A stretch of 64,000 nucleotides of DNA, taken from positions 192,001-256,000 of the forward strand of contig JAWXAQ010000016.1 in NCBI GenBank assembly GCA_034439575.1, in the 5' to 3' direction. This DNA is from Leptospira sp. (GTDB lineage Bacteria; Spirochaetota; Leptospiria; Leptospirales; Leptospiraceae). The notes under the pieces were generated by a model, which ran no database searches, had not been told where the DNA came from, and was given only the letters and a program-made list of their open reading frames with translations. The position numbers were made by a program, and so were the translations under genes. This document shows, piece after piece, positions 37,919 through 48,002 of this stretch (the first letter of the stretch is position 1; every line of letters starts with the position of its first letter).

Positions 37919-39943
37919 ATGTCCATGGAGAAAAAAGAATATCTCCTCCACGATGAGAAAGGTCAGGCTACTCCTGACAAACCTTGGATTTTTAGGACTT
38001 ATGCAGGACATACCAATGCAAAGGCCTCCAATGAGCTTTATAGAAAGAACCTTTCTAAAGGCCAAACGGGGCTTTCTATAGCCTTCGATCTCCCTACACA
38101 ATGCGGTTATAGTTCCGACCACGCTGTTTCGCGACCTGAAATCGGAAAGGTGGGAGTTCCCATCAATTCCCTGGAAGATTTTAGAATCCTTTTTGATCAA
38201 ATACCCATTGAAGAAATGAACACTTCCATGACGATCAATGGGACCTCTATGTGGTTACTTTCACTCTATGTGGCACTTGCCCAAGAGCGAGGTGTCCCTC
38301 TAGAAAAATTAAACGGGACAACACAAAACGATCTGATCAAGGAATATCTAGCTCGGGGAACCTATATTTATCCGCCAGGTGAATCGATGAAGATCATTGT
38401 GGATATGTATGAATATTGCCTTCATAATATTCCAAAATGGAATCCATCTAACATTTGTTCCTACCATTTGCAAGAAGCAGGTGCCACTCCCGTCCAAGAA
38501 CTTTCCTTTGCACTAGCTACAGCAATCGCTGTGCTCGATGCGATCAAAGAAAGAAATTGTTTTACGGCTGAAGAGTTTGAGCAATGCGTCGGACGCATTT
38601 CATTTTTTGTCAATGCGGGCATTCGCTTCGTAGAAGAGATGTGCAAAATGCGTGCTTTCTCTGAATTATGGGAAGAAATCACTAAAGAACGTTATGCGGT
38701 TAAAAATCCAAAGTACAGAGTGTTTCGTTATGGCGTTCAAGTAAATTCACTTGGCCTTACTGAAGAACAGCCAGAGAACAATGCTTGGAGGATCATTTTA
38801 GAATCACTTGGTGTCACTCTTTCTAGAAAAGCGAGATGTCGCGCCTTACAATTGCCAGCTTGGAATGAAGCATTATCCCTACCACGCCCTTGGGACCAAC
38901 AATGGTCACTTCGCCTGCAACAAGTCTTAGCTTATGAAACTGACCTTTTGGAATACCCAGACCTTTTTGATGGCTCAAAAGTGATAGAAGGAAAAGTTAA
39001 GGCACTTAAAGACGAAGCAAATCTTGAGATCAAAAAAATCTTGGATATGGGTGGAGCTCTTGTTGCGATTGATAATGGTTATATGAAATCACAGCTTGTG
39101 AAATCACAGACAGAAAGACTCTCCAAGATCAATTCGAATGAATTAATCATTGTTGGGAAAAACAAATGGACGGAAGGTATCAAGTCTCCACTAATGACTG
39201 ACACCGACGGTGGTATATTTAAAGTCGATCCAAAGTCAGCTGAACAAACATTAGGTGTTTTGGCAGAAGTAAAATCTCGAAGGGACAATGTAAAAGCCTC
39301 GAAGGCATTGGCAGATTTAAAACAAGCAGCTAAAGATGGTAAAAATTTAATGGAGTATTCTATCGAATGTGCCAAAGCTTTAATCACTACTGGGGAATGG
39401 GCAGATGCACTTCGTGATGTATATGGAGAGTACAATCCGCCAACCGGTGTGGAAGGCCAAAAACTTTTTTTAACTGACGATAAAGTCGCATCAGTTCGTG
39501 CGAAAGTCGAAGCCTTCACAAAGGCCCGCGGCCATAGACCAAAGATGGTTGTCGGTAAACCTGGATTAGATGGACATTCCAATGGTGCAGAAATGATCGC
39601 AGTATCAGCAAAACATAGTGGATTTGATGTGATATACTCTGGAATCAGACTTTCTCCAGAAGATATCGTTCAATCTGCCGTAGAGGAAAATGCTGACGTG
39701 ATCGGGATTTCTATTTTGTCAGGATCTCACAAAGAAATCGTGAAACAACTATTTGATGAGTTAGATCATTACAAAGCTAAAGATAAAATTCCGGTTGTCA
39801 TTGGTGGCATAATCCCCGAATCGGATTTTGCAGAACTAAAAGCAATGGGTATCAAAGAAATTTTTACTCCAAAAGATTATGATTTGATGTCCATCATGAA
39901 CAAAGTGGTAGATATAATTTCCAAAGAAGCGATCATCGCTTAA
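37919..39943 (+). CDS. meaA: B12-dependent mutase MeaA/Ecm (ethylmalonyl-CoA mutase type)
   Basis: PWIFRTYAGH, GLSIAFDLPTQ, QVNSLGLTEEQPENN and B12 motif DGHSNG; the RTYAGH/QVNSLG signature is Ecm-like rather than MCM-like (RQYAGF/QTSG). Confidence 0.88.
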   Translation: MSMEKKEYLLHDEKGQATPDKPWIFRTYAGHTNAKASNELYRKNLSKGQTGLSIAFDLPTQCGYSSDHAVSRPEIGKVGVPINSLEDFRILFDQIPIEEMNTSMTINGTSMWLLSLYVALAQERGVPLEKLNGTTQNDLIKEYLARGTYIYPPGESMKIIVDMYEYCLHNIPKWNPSNICSYHLQEAGATPVQELSFALATAIAVLDAIKERNCFTAEEFEQCVGRISFFVNAGIRFVEEMCKMRAFSELWEEITKERYAVKNPKYRVFRYGVQVNSLGLTEEQPENNAWRIILESLGVTLSRKARCRALQLPAWNEALSLPRPWDQQWSLRLQQVLAYETDLLEYPDLFDGSKVIEGKVKALKDEANLEIKKILDMGGALVAIDNGYMKSQLVKSQTERLSKINSNELIIVGKNKWTEGIKSPLMTDTDGGIFKVDPKSAEQTLGVLAEVKSRRDNVKASKALADLKQAAKDGKNLMEYSIECAKALITTGEWADALRDVYGEYNPPTGVEGQKLFLTDDKVASVRAKVEAFTKARGHRPKMVVGKPGLDGHSNGAEMIAVSAKHSGFDVIYSGIRLSPEDIVQSAVEENADVIGISILSGSHKEIVKQLFDELDHYKAKDKIPVVIGGIIPESDFAELKAMGIKEIFTPKDYDLMSIMNKVVDIISKEAIIA

Positions 39944-39947
39944 GAAA

Positions 39948-41099
39948 TTGGATACCCCAAAATTTAAGATACTTGTGGTTGAGGACAATGAACTCAACCG
40001 CAAGATCATCGTTCAAAAATTAATTAAAAATAATTACCAGGTCAATGAAGCTGAAAATGGCCACATAGCATTAGAGAAAGAAAAATCTTGGAAACCTGAT
40101 TTAATATTACTTGATATCATGATGCCTGAGTTAGACGGCCTCCAAGTATTGAAAATACTCAGAGAGACTAAATCACAAGCAGAGTTGCCGATCATTCTTG
40201 TCACTGCGATGCAAGATTCAGAAGATATAGTCAAAGGATTTCAGTTAGGTGCAAATGACTACCTCCCAAAAAACTACAATACCGAGGAATTACTGGCTCG
40301 AGTTAATACTGCAATTCAAATTAGATACTATCATAAATTATTAAAAGAAAGAAACAATACAATCGAACGAGAGCTTGATATGGCAAGACTCATTCAGAAA
40401 AAAATTCTCCCTATCCAATCTCCAAATTTACCAGGTTATGTGATAGGATCTTTATACATACCTATGGATAAAATCGGAGGAGATTTTTTTGATTATATCG
40501 AAGGACCAGAGTATTGCGATTTTTTTATGGCCGATGTATCTGGCCATGGAGTTCCTGGGGCACTCATAGCTTCTATTTTAAAAATGTCTGTTCAGTACTT
40601 AATGGAATCTCATCTCACTCCCCCTGAGATGCTACATATTATGGACAAAGCAGTATCGGAACGTGGTGCCCTTGGGATGTTTGCTACAGGAATGATCGTG
40701 AGGTTGTTTCTCGACACAAATAAAATTCTATATTCCAATGCTGGGCATCATGCTCTTCTGCTTCACAGACGCTCAAATGATACTTTTATAGAATTAACAA
40801 CTGTGGGTGCACCTCTCGGAATCAATTATGATTTTAAAATGAAGCCGTATGTGTCCGAAGAATTCCAATTAGAACTAGGAGACCGCCTAATACTATATAC
40901 AGATGGAATTATAGAAGCCATGGATGAATGCCAAAATGAATTTGGTAATGAAGAATGGCATAATTTTTTAATAAAAAACAAAAATACGAAAATTGAAGAA
41001 CTCTCAATTTTATTGATGGAAAATTTGAAATCTTTTTCAAAGCAAAATTCCTTTGAAGATGATATCACTTGGATAGTTATTGATTACATTGGCAATTAA
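39948..41099 (+). CDS. Response regulator with SpoIIE/PP2C phosphatase output
   Basis: Receiver domain (VVEDN, LLDIMMPELDG); PP2C motifs GGDFF, ADVSGHG, YTDG, DDIT. Confidence 0.92.
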   Translation: MDTPKFKILVVEDNELNRKIIVQKLIKNNYQVNEAENGHIALEKEKSWKPDLILLDIMMPELDGLQVLKILRETKSQAELPIILVTAMQDSEDIVKGFQLGANDYLPKNYNTEELLARVNTAIQIRYYHKLLKERNNTIERELDMARLIQKKILPIQSPNLPGYVIGSLYIPMDKIGGDFFDYIEGPEYCDFFMADVSGHGVPGALIASILKMSVQYLMESHLTPPEMLHIMDKAVSERGALGMFATGMIVRLFLDTNKILYSNAGHHALLLHRRSNDTFIELTTVGAPLGINYDFKMKPYVSEEFQLELGDRLILYTDGIIEAMDECQNEFGNEEWHNFLIKNKNTKIEELSILLMENLKSFSKQNSFEDDITWIVIDYIGN

Positions 41100-41103
41100 C
41101 AAT

Positions 41104-42087
41104 ATGGAAGAAAAAATAAATCAACTAATTGACGAAGCTTTCTTAGGTGAAAAGTATTCCATCGCTAAGATTATTTCTATGATCGAAACTAGAAACAATC
41201 TTGAATTTAGAAAAAATCTATTTCAAAAACTAAATGAAAAAGGAAGTGATGTAAATTCTCTAAGCATTGGCATCACAGGCACTCCAGGTGCTGGCAAATC
41301 GTCCCTTCTTGGTGAAATTTGTAAAGATTTCCTAACATTTGCACCTGATAAAAAAATGGCGATCGTTGCCATCGATCCATCATCTAATATCAGCGGAGGT
41401 TCTATTCTTGGAGATAGAACAAGAGTAACTTTGCCTAGGCGAGAAAATCGCATTTATTTCAGATCCCAACCTTCACAATTAGAACTTGGAGGATTAAATC
41501 CCTATACTTACCATGTGATTCGTTTTTTGAGATTTATTTTTGATTATGTTTTTATAGAGACTGTTGGGATCGGGCAAAACGAAATTTCAGTCTCTCTGAT
41601 TACAGACTTATCTTTTCTCGTTATGCAGCCTTTAGGTGGCGACCAAGTCCAATTTATGAAAAGCGGAATCATGGAAGTTCCCGATGCTTTTATCATAAAT
41701 AAATGTGATGAGGAAAGTCTTGCCAATGCCAGTTATCATATGTTAGAAACTACACTTTCATTTTTAAAAGACATTCTTCCCGATCAAAAACTTCCTCCGA
41801 TTTTTAAAACTTCAGTTATGAAAAAAACAGGGATCAAGGAACTACTCAAATTTATTTTGTTTTATGAAAAACGAAGCGATAAATCAAAAGAAACAAGAAT
41901 ACAATTATCAAAATGGATTGAAAGTGAATTTGGGCAATGGGGCAAAAGACTTATCAATGATTCAGAAAAAAATAATAATATATTCGAACGTTTTGTTCGG
42001 GCGAATCCATATGATTCAGTAACAAATATAAGCTATGAAAAATTGGAAGAAGCTGCCTTATTTAAAATCAATAGTCACATAAACTAA
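41104..42087 (+). CDS. meaB: MeaB/ArgK G3E GTPase, chaperone of B12 mutases
   Basis: GTPGAGKS, AIDPSS..SGGSILGDRTR, ETVGIGQ and NKCD motifs. Confidence 0.9.
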   Translation: MEEKINQLIDEAFLGEKYSIAKIISMIETRNNLEFRKNLFQKLNEKGSDVNSLSIGITGTPGAGKSSLLGEICKDFLTFAPDKKMAIVAIDPSSNISGGSILGDRTRVTLPRRENRIYFRSQPSQLELGGLNPYTYHVIRFLRFIFDYVFIETVGIGQNEISVSLITDLSFLVMQPLGGDQVQFMKSGIMEVPDAFIINKCDEESLANASYHMLETTLSFLKDILPDQKLPPIFKTSVMKKTGIKELLKFILFYEKRSDKSKETRIQLSKWIESEFGQWGKRLINDSEKNNNIFERFVRANPYDSVTNISYEKLEEAALFKINSHIN

Positions 42088-42091
42088 TGAA

Positions 42092-43720
42092 TCAGCCTTT
42101 AGCCCAAATATAACGTTGATTCACTTCTTCTGATTCCAATTTTAATCTTTTGTTATCCCACTTAAGTAATGAAGCAAGCTTAGCATCTATCCTTTTGCGT
42201 TCTTCCAATTTGATTTTTCCAACTGTGCCCGCACCAGAACGTCTGAAGTAAAAATCTGTAGCATGAACAATGGCTTCATTCTGAATTGAATAAATAATTT
42301 CTTCTTCATACAAAACTTCTCCGTTGGGCAGTTCGTATTCTTCTTTAGATTTGTAATTCAAAACTTTGATTGTTTCACTTCCGTAACGAGAGACCAAAGT
42401 TTCTAATTTTTTACCAGATATTTTTGGGAATTTTTTTTCTAATTCTATAACTAATGTCTGTTTAGATTCAAAGTCACCACCTAATAGTGGCATTATATTT
42501 GTATAACATGGCAGTATTTCTTTCCGTAAAAATAATGAGACTTGATTGATTAATTTTTCAGCGACTCCCCTACTCGTAGTATATTTACCACCGAGTGCTG
42601 AAAAAAATCCTTCAAAACCATCTTTTGTATAATGCATAATTTCAGATTTTCGAGATGCCGAATAAGTATCCTTTTTTTCACCGACATCTTCTACTAGAGG
42701 TCGCATACCTCCGTAATAATATTCTACGTCTTCTAATGTCAATTTAGCAAAACCAAAGGAAGAATTTACTTCGGATAATAAATTTAGAATTTCAGATTCA
42801 GTGACTTTGAAATTGTCTGGATGATCATTAAATACAGTATCAGTTGTTCCGATAATTGTTCTATTTCGCCAAGGGATTACAAATAAATGTGAGCCGTCTT
42901 GTTTCTGTAAGATGATGCACTCCTTACTAGAAATATTTCGCACTACCGCATGAATCCCTTTAGAGCGTAGAATTTGTTTTTCTTGTTTTATACCAGCCAT
43001 GGTTTCAATAAAATCTGCCCAAGGCCCTGCACTATTTATGACTACAGGCGCAGATATTGTTTTTGATGTATTTGTAAGGGAATCACTTATTGTGACTGAG
43101 TAGCCACCTGAGTATTGTTTGCTGATTGAACTAACTTCAGTATAGTTTAGTACATGAGCGCCTTTGTTTTTGGCGGAGAATATAAATTCACATGTATGCC
43201 TTTCAGGATTCATATTCATATAATCATAATATTGATAGGATCCACTTAAGTTTTGTCTGTTTGATTGTGGAGTTTTATATATTGTTTCTTCCTTTGAATT
43301 CCAAATGTAACTAGGCAACAATGTATCTTCTGAAATTGCTTTATTGCGATCAAATGAGAGTAAGTTGTATAAAAACATACCAGCCCATAAAATCATTCGC
43401 GCGAATAATGATCGAATCGGTATGATAAAACCCATTGGCCGAACTGCATGTGGAGAGATCTTTGCTAGAATTCTTCTTTCATAAAGCGATTCTCTGACTA
43501 AACCAAATTCTAAATTTTTTAAATACCGTAATCCACCATGAATTAATTTTGAAGTAGCTTGGCTTGTGCCAGAAGCAAAATCTTTTTTTTCAACCAATAG
43601 GCACTTGAATCCTCTTAAAGTGGCATCCCATACGATATTAGCGCCCGTTATGCCCCCGCCTATAATTATTATATCGTATTCTTTTTCTAAATCATTTAAT
43701 CGGCTTTTGTTTTTTGTCAT
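42092..43720 (-). CDS. glpD: FAD-dependent glycerol-3-phosphate dehydrogenase (GlpD family)
   Basis: GGGITG, DFASGTSQATSKLIHGGLRYL, IGTTD, GMRPL and GGKYTT motifs. Confidence 0.88.
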   Translation of the reverse strand: MTKNKSRLNDLEKEYDIIIIGGGITGANIVWDATLRGFKCLLVEKKDFASGTSQATSKLIHGGLRYLKNLEFGLVRESLYERRILAKISPHAVRPMGFIIPIRSLFARMILWAGMFLYNLLSFDRNKAISEDTLLPSYIWNSKEETIYKTPQSNRQNLSGSYQYYDYMNMNPERHTCEFIFSAKNKGAHVLNYTEVSSISKQYSGGYSVTISDSLTNTSKTISAPVVINSAGPWADFIETMAGIKQEKQILRSKGIHAVVRNISSKECIILQKQDGSHLFVIPWRNRTIIGTTDTVFNDHPDNFKVTESEILNLLSEVNSSFGFAKLTLEDVEYYYGGMRPLVEDVGEKKDTYSASRKSEIMHYTKDGFEGFFSALGGKYTTSRGVAEKLINQVSLFLRKEILPCYTNIMPLLGGDFESKQTLVIELEKKFPKISGKKLETLVSRYGSETIKVLNYKSKEEYELPNGEVLYEEEIIYSIQNEAIVHATDFYFRRSGAGTVGKIKLEERKRIDAKLASLLKWDNKRLKLESEEVNQRYIWAKG

Positions 43721-43726
43721 TTTAAC

Positions 43727-44650
43727 CTAACATTTAATTGAAATGGCATTTGGGAAAATGGTAAACTTTGCTGGAAGTTGTCCCATATTCTCGCCATCAA
43801 CATCTATAAATACATCTTCATCAGATTCAGCCTCGAGACTACTAATCTGACGACATGCGACTTTTTCTTCCTCTGCTAATTTTCCTTTATACAATTTTGA
43901 AAATTTCATCATAGTCTCAAAAACACCAACGTCTTTAATCGCAAGAAAATCAAACAATCCATCGTTTAACTTAGCTTTGGGGGCAAACCACATCCCACCG
44001 CCCGCATATTCGGCATTCGCACAAACTATTAATCTGCTTTTTGATTCTATGAATTCACCATTACTTAATTTTAATCGCATTAGTTTATTTTTATATGTAA
44101 ATAAACATACTATTGTATATAGAAGAAAAACTGCTTTGCCACCTATCCACCGACCAAGAGCAGATTGATTCACTTTATAAACAACTTCTCCTCCCATTCC
44201 GAAATCAGTAAGATTTAGACAATACCCTTCACCTTTAGATTTATCCGCATGGCTATATACTATTTTAATCAGGTCTATTTTTTTAACTTCGCCAGCTAAC
44301 ACTTGTGTGATAGCTTTTAAGGGATTTCTTGGAATTTTTACAGTTTTGACAAAATCATTTCCCCGACCAGCTGGAATCGGACTAAATACAGCATTTTCAT
44401 TAATAGGCTTTCCATTTTCAAAAAAACCATTGATGATATTTGAAAGTGTTCCATCCCCACCAATTCCAATGATCCAATTATATTTATTTTTTAGAGATTC
44501 CTTTACTATTTCCTTTGCTGACTTATCTTTCGTTGTTTCTTCAAAATCAAATTCAATATTTTTCTTTATCAGTTCCGCTTGGACTACTTTCCAAACCTTT
44601 AAGGATATACCGCCACCTGACACTGGATTTAATACGATTTTGATCTTCAT
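43727..44650 (-). CDS. Diacylglycerol/lipid kinase family (YegS/DgkB-like)
   Basis: NPVSG, GGDGT, PAGRGNDF, YAGGGM and VDGE motifs. Confidence 0.9.
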   Translation of the reverse strand: MKIKIVLNPVSGGGISLKVWKVVQAELIKKNIEFDFEETTKDKSAKEIVKESLKNKYNWIIGIGGDGTLSNIINGFFENGKPINENAVFSPIPAGRGNDFVKTVKIPRNPLKAITQVLAGEVKKIDLIKIVYSHADKSKGEGYCLNLTDFGMGGEVVYKVNQSALGRWIGGKAVFLLYTIVCLFTYKNKLMRLKLSNGEFIESKSRLIVCANAEYAGGGMWFAPKAKLNDGLFDFLAIKDVGVFETMMKFSKLYKGKLAEEEKVACRQISSLEAESDEDVFIDVDGENMGQLPAKFTIFPNAISIKC

Positions 44651-44660
44651 TTAACAACCT

Positions 44661-45290
44661 CTAATGATTACCTGGAAATAATCCAAAAAATAATACATGC
44701 TCAATTGTTTCTATATAACTTTTTTCACTTTTGATTTCTTTTTGGAAATGTCCGTCTAGTAATACTTCAACAGCACCTCGTATCATACCCCATGCAACTG
44801 CAACATTTGGATAGGCGCCTTTATTGTTTGTCAAATTTTCAGTCCTAGTTTGACGATATATTTTTTCGAGAACACTTAATCGATTATTTCTTTCTTCGAT
44901 TAATTTTTCACGCATGTCACTTGAGACATTTTCTATATTCATGGAATCACCACATTGTTTCGCAACTAAATACATATTTTTATCGCCTAAACAATGCTCA
45001 ATGTAAATCCTTAAAGCAGCTTTTGCCATGGCAAGCCCAGTACTTTCATTCAAAGCATTTTCTAATCGGATGCGAAGGCGGACATAGTCTTCATACTGTA
45101 TCCTAGCCATCAAATCATCTTTACTTTTAAAATGTAAATAGATCGTGCCCCGTCCGATTTCTAATTGTTTGGCGATGTCATCCATCTTTACGAGAGATGG
45201 ATGCCTTATCTGAAATAAACTAATCGCTGTTTGGAGAATATTTTCCTCACGGATCGTAAATTCTCTTCGTTTTCTTTCAGAAACACCCAT
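44661..45290 (-). CDS. TetR/AcrR family regulator
   Basis: MGVSERKRRE N-terminus; HTH MDDIAKQLEIGRGTIYLHFKSKDDL. Confidence 0.9.
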   Translation of the reverse strand: MGVSERKRREFTIREENILQTAISLFQIRHPSLVKMDDIAKQLEIGRGTIYLHFKSKDDLMARIQYEDYVRLRIRLENALNESTGLAMAKAALRIYIEHCLGDKNMYLVAKQCGDSMNIENVSSDMREKLIEERNNRLSVLEKIYRQTRTENLTNNKGAYPNVAVAWGMIRGAVEVLLDGHFQKEIKSEKSYIETIEHVLFFGLFPGNH

Positions 45291-45291
45291 A

Positions 45292-46911
45292 CTATTTGAT
45301 ACCTAAAAGTCCGCCAGGATTCATGATCCCCTTTGGATCGAATATTTTTTTCATAGAGGTCAATACTTCCAATCCATTCTTACCAACTTCACTTTCCATC
45401 CAAGGTGTCAGTAACCTTCCAATTCCATGATGGTGAGAAAGTGAACCTCCGTTTTTATGAATTGTATCGATTAGACCTTTATGAAATTTTTCAAACGAAT
45501 TGATTTCGCCATCCATTTCCATTGGTGTAATGAAGATGAAATATAAATTTGCACCATTTTCATAAGCATGAGAAATATGAACCATACAGGCTGTATTTGG
45601 AAAACTTTTAATGTACTTTCTTGTATTATCCCATAAGGAATGCAATTCATGCCATGTAACAGCCGTTTCAATCGTATCAATACGTATTGCTTCATCCATT
45701 AGTGAATCACGAAGATAAGCACTTGAATACCTTTGGTGTAACCATTTTTCAACAGGTGACTTCCCTGTCGAAAAAGCTCCTCTACGTTTGGCAATTTTTT
45801 TGAGTTTAGCGAATACTAACTTAGTATAGTCGGGATCTCCATCAATAATTACATGCATGAGGGATCTTTCACCAGACTTATATCCAATGAAGCTCAAAAA
45901 TTTATCTTCTTTCCCGCCCTTTAAACCACTCATATGAAATGAAATTTCTGTTTCTTCAGGATCTTGTATTCTAAAGAAATGTGGTTTGCCAAATCCACCT
46001 TGCATCACTTCTCTCATAGTTTCCACAGCGGATTCAAAATTTTTAAATATAAAGGAACCTTTTGTCGAATGTGTCGGATTAAATTTTCTGATTTTTAATG
46101 TTGCTTTTGTTATAACGCCAAATGAGCCCTCAGACCCTAGAAAAAATTTAAACATATCCGGGCCAATAGATGCAGCGGGGTATGGTTTTGATTCAAATTT
46201 ACCTGCTGGTGTAACGGCTGTTAACGAAAGCAAAATATCTTCCATTTTACCATAACCAGTAGAAGCTTGGCCTGCCCCTTTGGCGGCAATCCATCCACCT
46301 ACCGTTGAAAATTCGAATGATTGTGGAAAATGTCCGCAAGTATAACCTTTTTCATTCAAAAATGCTTCCAAGGCGGGCCCACTAATTCCTGTTTGCACGG
46401 TAACCGTGCTATCTTGAGAATTAAATTCTATGATTTTATCCATCAAGGACAAATCTACCGAAATTCCTCCCTTAGGTGCTTGTAGGGCTTTTGTAACACT
46501 GGAACCTGCACCATAAGGTACGACGGGAATCTTTAAGGAATTAGAAAGTTCGATGATCTTTTGGACTTCTTCTTCTGACTTAGGGAAAAGAACGGCATCC
46601 ACCATGGCTTCCACTTTTCCAAATCTTGCATTAAAAATTTCTGTATAAAATTTTCCGATCGAATGCCTTGCTCTTACATTTGGATCATCCGAAAAAGTTT
46701 GTGTACCGACTATTTTTTTAAATTTAGCAAGTGTTTGCGGAGATAATTTCCCTTTCTTCGTTAGCTGAAGATTCGGTTGTGCTTTGGGAAATGATTTTCT
46801 GAAATTTGGATCTACGGGAAATGTGGATTCTAAAAAAGATCTAGTATGTGCGGGCAGAGCTTCTTCTACTTCAAGAGAGCCCCATTTGTAAATTTTTCTG
46901 GTATCAGTCAT
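45292..46911 (-). CDS. Alkyl-dihydroxyacetonephosphate synthase (ADPS/AGPS)-like FAD oxidoreductase
   Basis: PYGAGSSV, GHFPQSFEFSTVGGW, GSEGSFG, DTIETA, HISHAYENGANLYF, SHHHGIG and DPKGIMNPG motifs. ATG 46911 preferred. Confidence 0.85.
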   Translation of the reverse strand: MTDTRKIYKWGSLEVEEALPAHTRSFLESTFPVDPNFRKSFPKAQPNLQLTKKGKLSPQTLAKFKKIVGTQTFSDDPNVRARHSIGKFYTEIFNARFGKVEAMVDAVLFPKSEEEVQKIIELSNSLKIPVVPYGAGSSVTKALQAPKGGISVDLSLMDKIIEFNSQDSTVTVQTGISGPALEAFLNEKGYTCGHFPQSFEFSTVGGWIAAKGAGQASTGYGKMEDILLSLTAVTPAGKFESKPYPAASIGPDMFKFFLGSEGSFGVITKATLKIRKFNPTHSTKGSFIFKNFESAVETMREVMQGGFGKPHFFRIQDPEETEISFHMSGLKGGKEDKFLSFIGYKSGERSLMHVIIDGDPDYTKLVFAKLKKIAKRRGAFSTGKSPVEKWLHQRYSSAYLRDSLMDEAIRIDTIETAVTWHELHSLWDNTRKYIKSFPNTACMVHISHAYENGANLYFIFITPMEMDGEINSFEKFHKGLIDTIHKNGGSLSHHHGIGRLLTPWMESEVGKNGLEVLTSMKKIFDPKGIMNPGGLLGIK

Positions 46912-47014
46912 TATATAAAGTTCCAATTCGGAAGGATTATACATTTTCTGAACATGGTTCAATTTTTGACAAGTATATTACCTGTCCTAATAAAAAAAAT
47001 CCCTAGTTTGGTGA

Positions 47015-47470
47015 TTACTCTCGCATTTCTTTGATATACTCAGTACGAACTGAATTTACAAAACTAACATCAATCACATCAGAGTGTCCAAAATGTAAAG
47101 CTAAGTAATTGGCCAATTGTTCGTCCAGATCAAATCCAGTTAACAGCCATTCCATGAGCTCAAAAGAAATGTCCAAGGCTGGATTTTGTAACTCATTTAA
47201 ATTTCCCTTGGATATATTAATTAATAATTTCCCTACTTCATCATATTCTGATTTGTTTAAAAAATCGCGAACCATGGTCGGATAACGAACCATAAGCGTT
47301 TGTTTATTTGCATTGGGAGTGAAAAAAAACAAATCAAGGCCAAGATTTTTTTTTAATGAATCGGAAAGCTTCGCTTCATCGTGATGCCAAGCTTTCCAAA
47401 CAAACAAAATTTTTTCACCTATAAGAGAATCTACAAAGGGATTAAAAGGATAAGGGTTTTTATCACTCAT
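47015..47470 (-). CDS. Hypothetical protein
   Basis: 151-aa ORF filling the gap between neighbours. Confidence 0.6.
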   Translation of the reverse strand: MSDKNPYPFNPFVDSLIGEKILFVWKAWHHDEAKLSDSLKKNLGLDLFFFTPNANKQTLMVRYPTMVRDFLNKSEYDEVGKLLINISKGNLNELQNPALDISFELMEWLLTGFDLDEQLANYLALHFGHSDVIDVSFVNSVRTEYIKEMRE

Positions 47471-47477
47471 GTTTTTG

Positions 47478-47513
47478 AAGAGAACAAACCCAGGCCAATC
47501 GTTTAACCTGGGC
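47478..47513 (-). terminator. Probable intrinsic terminator after HU gene
   Basis: Minus strand GCCCAGGTTAA-ACGA-TTGGCCTGGGT hairpin followed by TTGTTCTCTT. Confidence 0.6.
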
Positions 47514-47520
47514 TAAAGGT

Positions 47521-47829
47521 TTACTTTTTTGGTGGGACGATTGCATCTTTCGCAGATTTGGAAAGAGTGAATTTAACAACTACTTTTGCAGGAATAAGAA
47601 TAGCTTCGCCTGTAGCAGGATTTCTTCCCTTTCTTTTCGGACGATTTCTTTTTACGAGTTTACCAAGACCGGGGATAACAAATACCCCATTCTTCTTAGT
47701 TTCTTTGTACGCTAACTCAACGTAAGCGTCAAGAAATGCCGCGACATTTTTTTTTGTCATACCAGTGATCTCAGCTAATTCTGTGAGCATCTCTGATTTT
47801 TTCATAGGGGTAGGGGTTGCAGTTGCCAT
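47521..47829 (-). CDS. hup: HU family DNA-binding protein
   Basis: MKKSEM..ELA, IPGLGK, RKGRNPATGEAILIPAK and VKF motifs. Confidence 0.93.
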   Translation of the reverse strand: MATATPTPMKKSEMLTELAEITGMTKKNVAAFLDAYVELAYKETKKNGVFVIPGLGKLVKRNRPKRKGRNPATGEAILIPAKVVVKFTLSKSAKDAIVPPKK

Positions 47830-48002
47830 ACTTTAGTTTTCCTCGGAACCAATTAAAGGTTACACTATACTTGGATGAATACTGATTTTGGTACAAGCTA
47901 AAATTTTTTGGATACCATTTTTCTTTATTTTTCTTAGTAAAATTCGAGTTTTTTGAAAAAAACCTTTATTTTCTTAAGGAAATTCTGATTTTCTGACTAT
48001 CT

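Noticed and set aside
37691-38200. 169-aa minus-strand ORF
   Set aside because: Overlaps meaA and the membrane-protein gene; no recognisable motifs.
39079-39582. 167-aa antisense ORF inside meaA, and similar shadows in gltBD, ccoI and ndh
   Set aside because: Typical antisense open frames of conserved genes.
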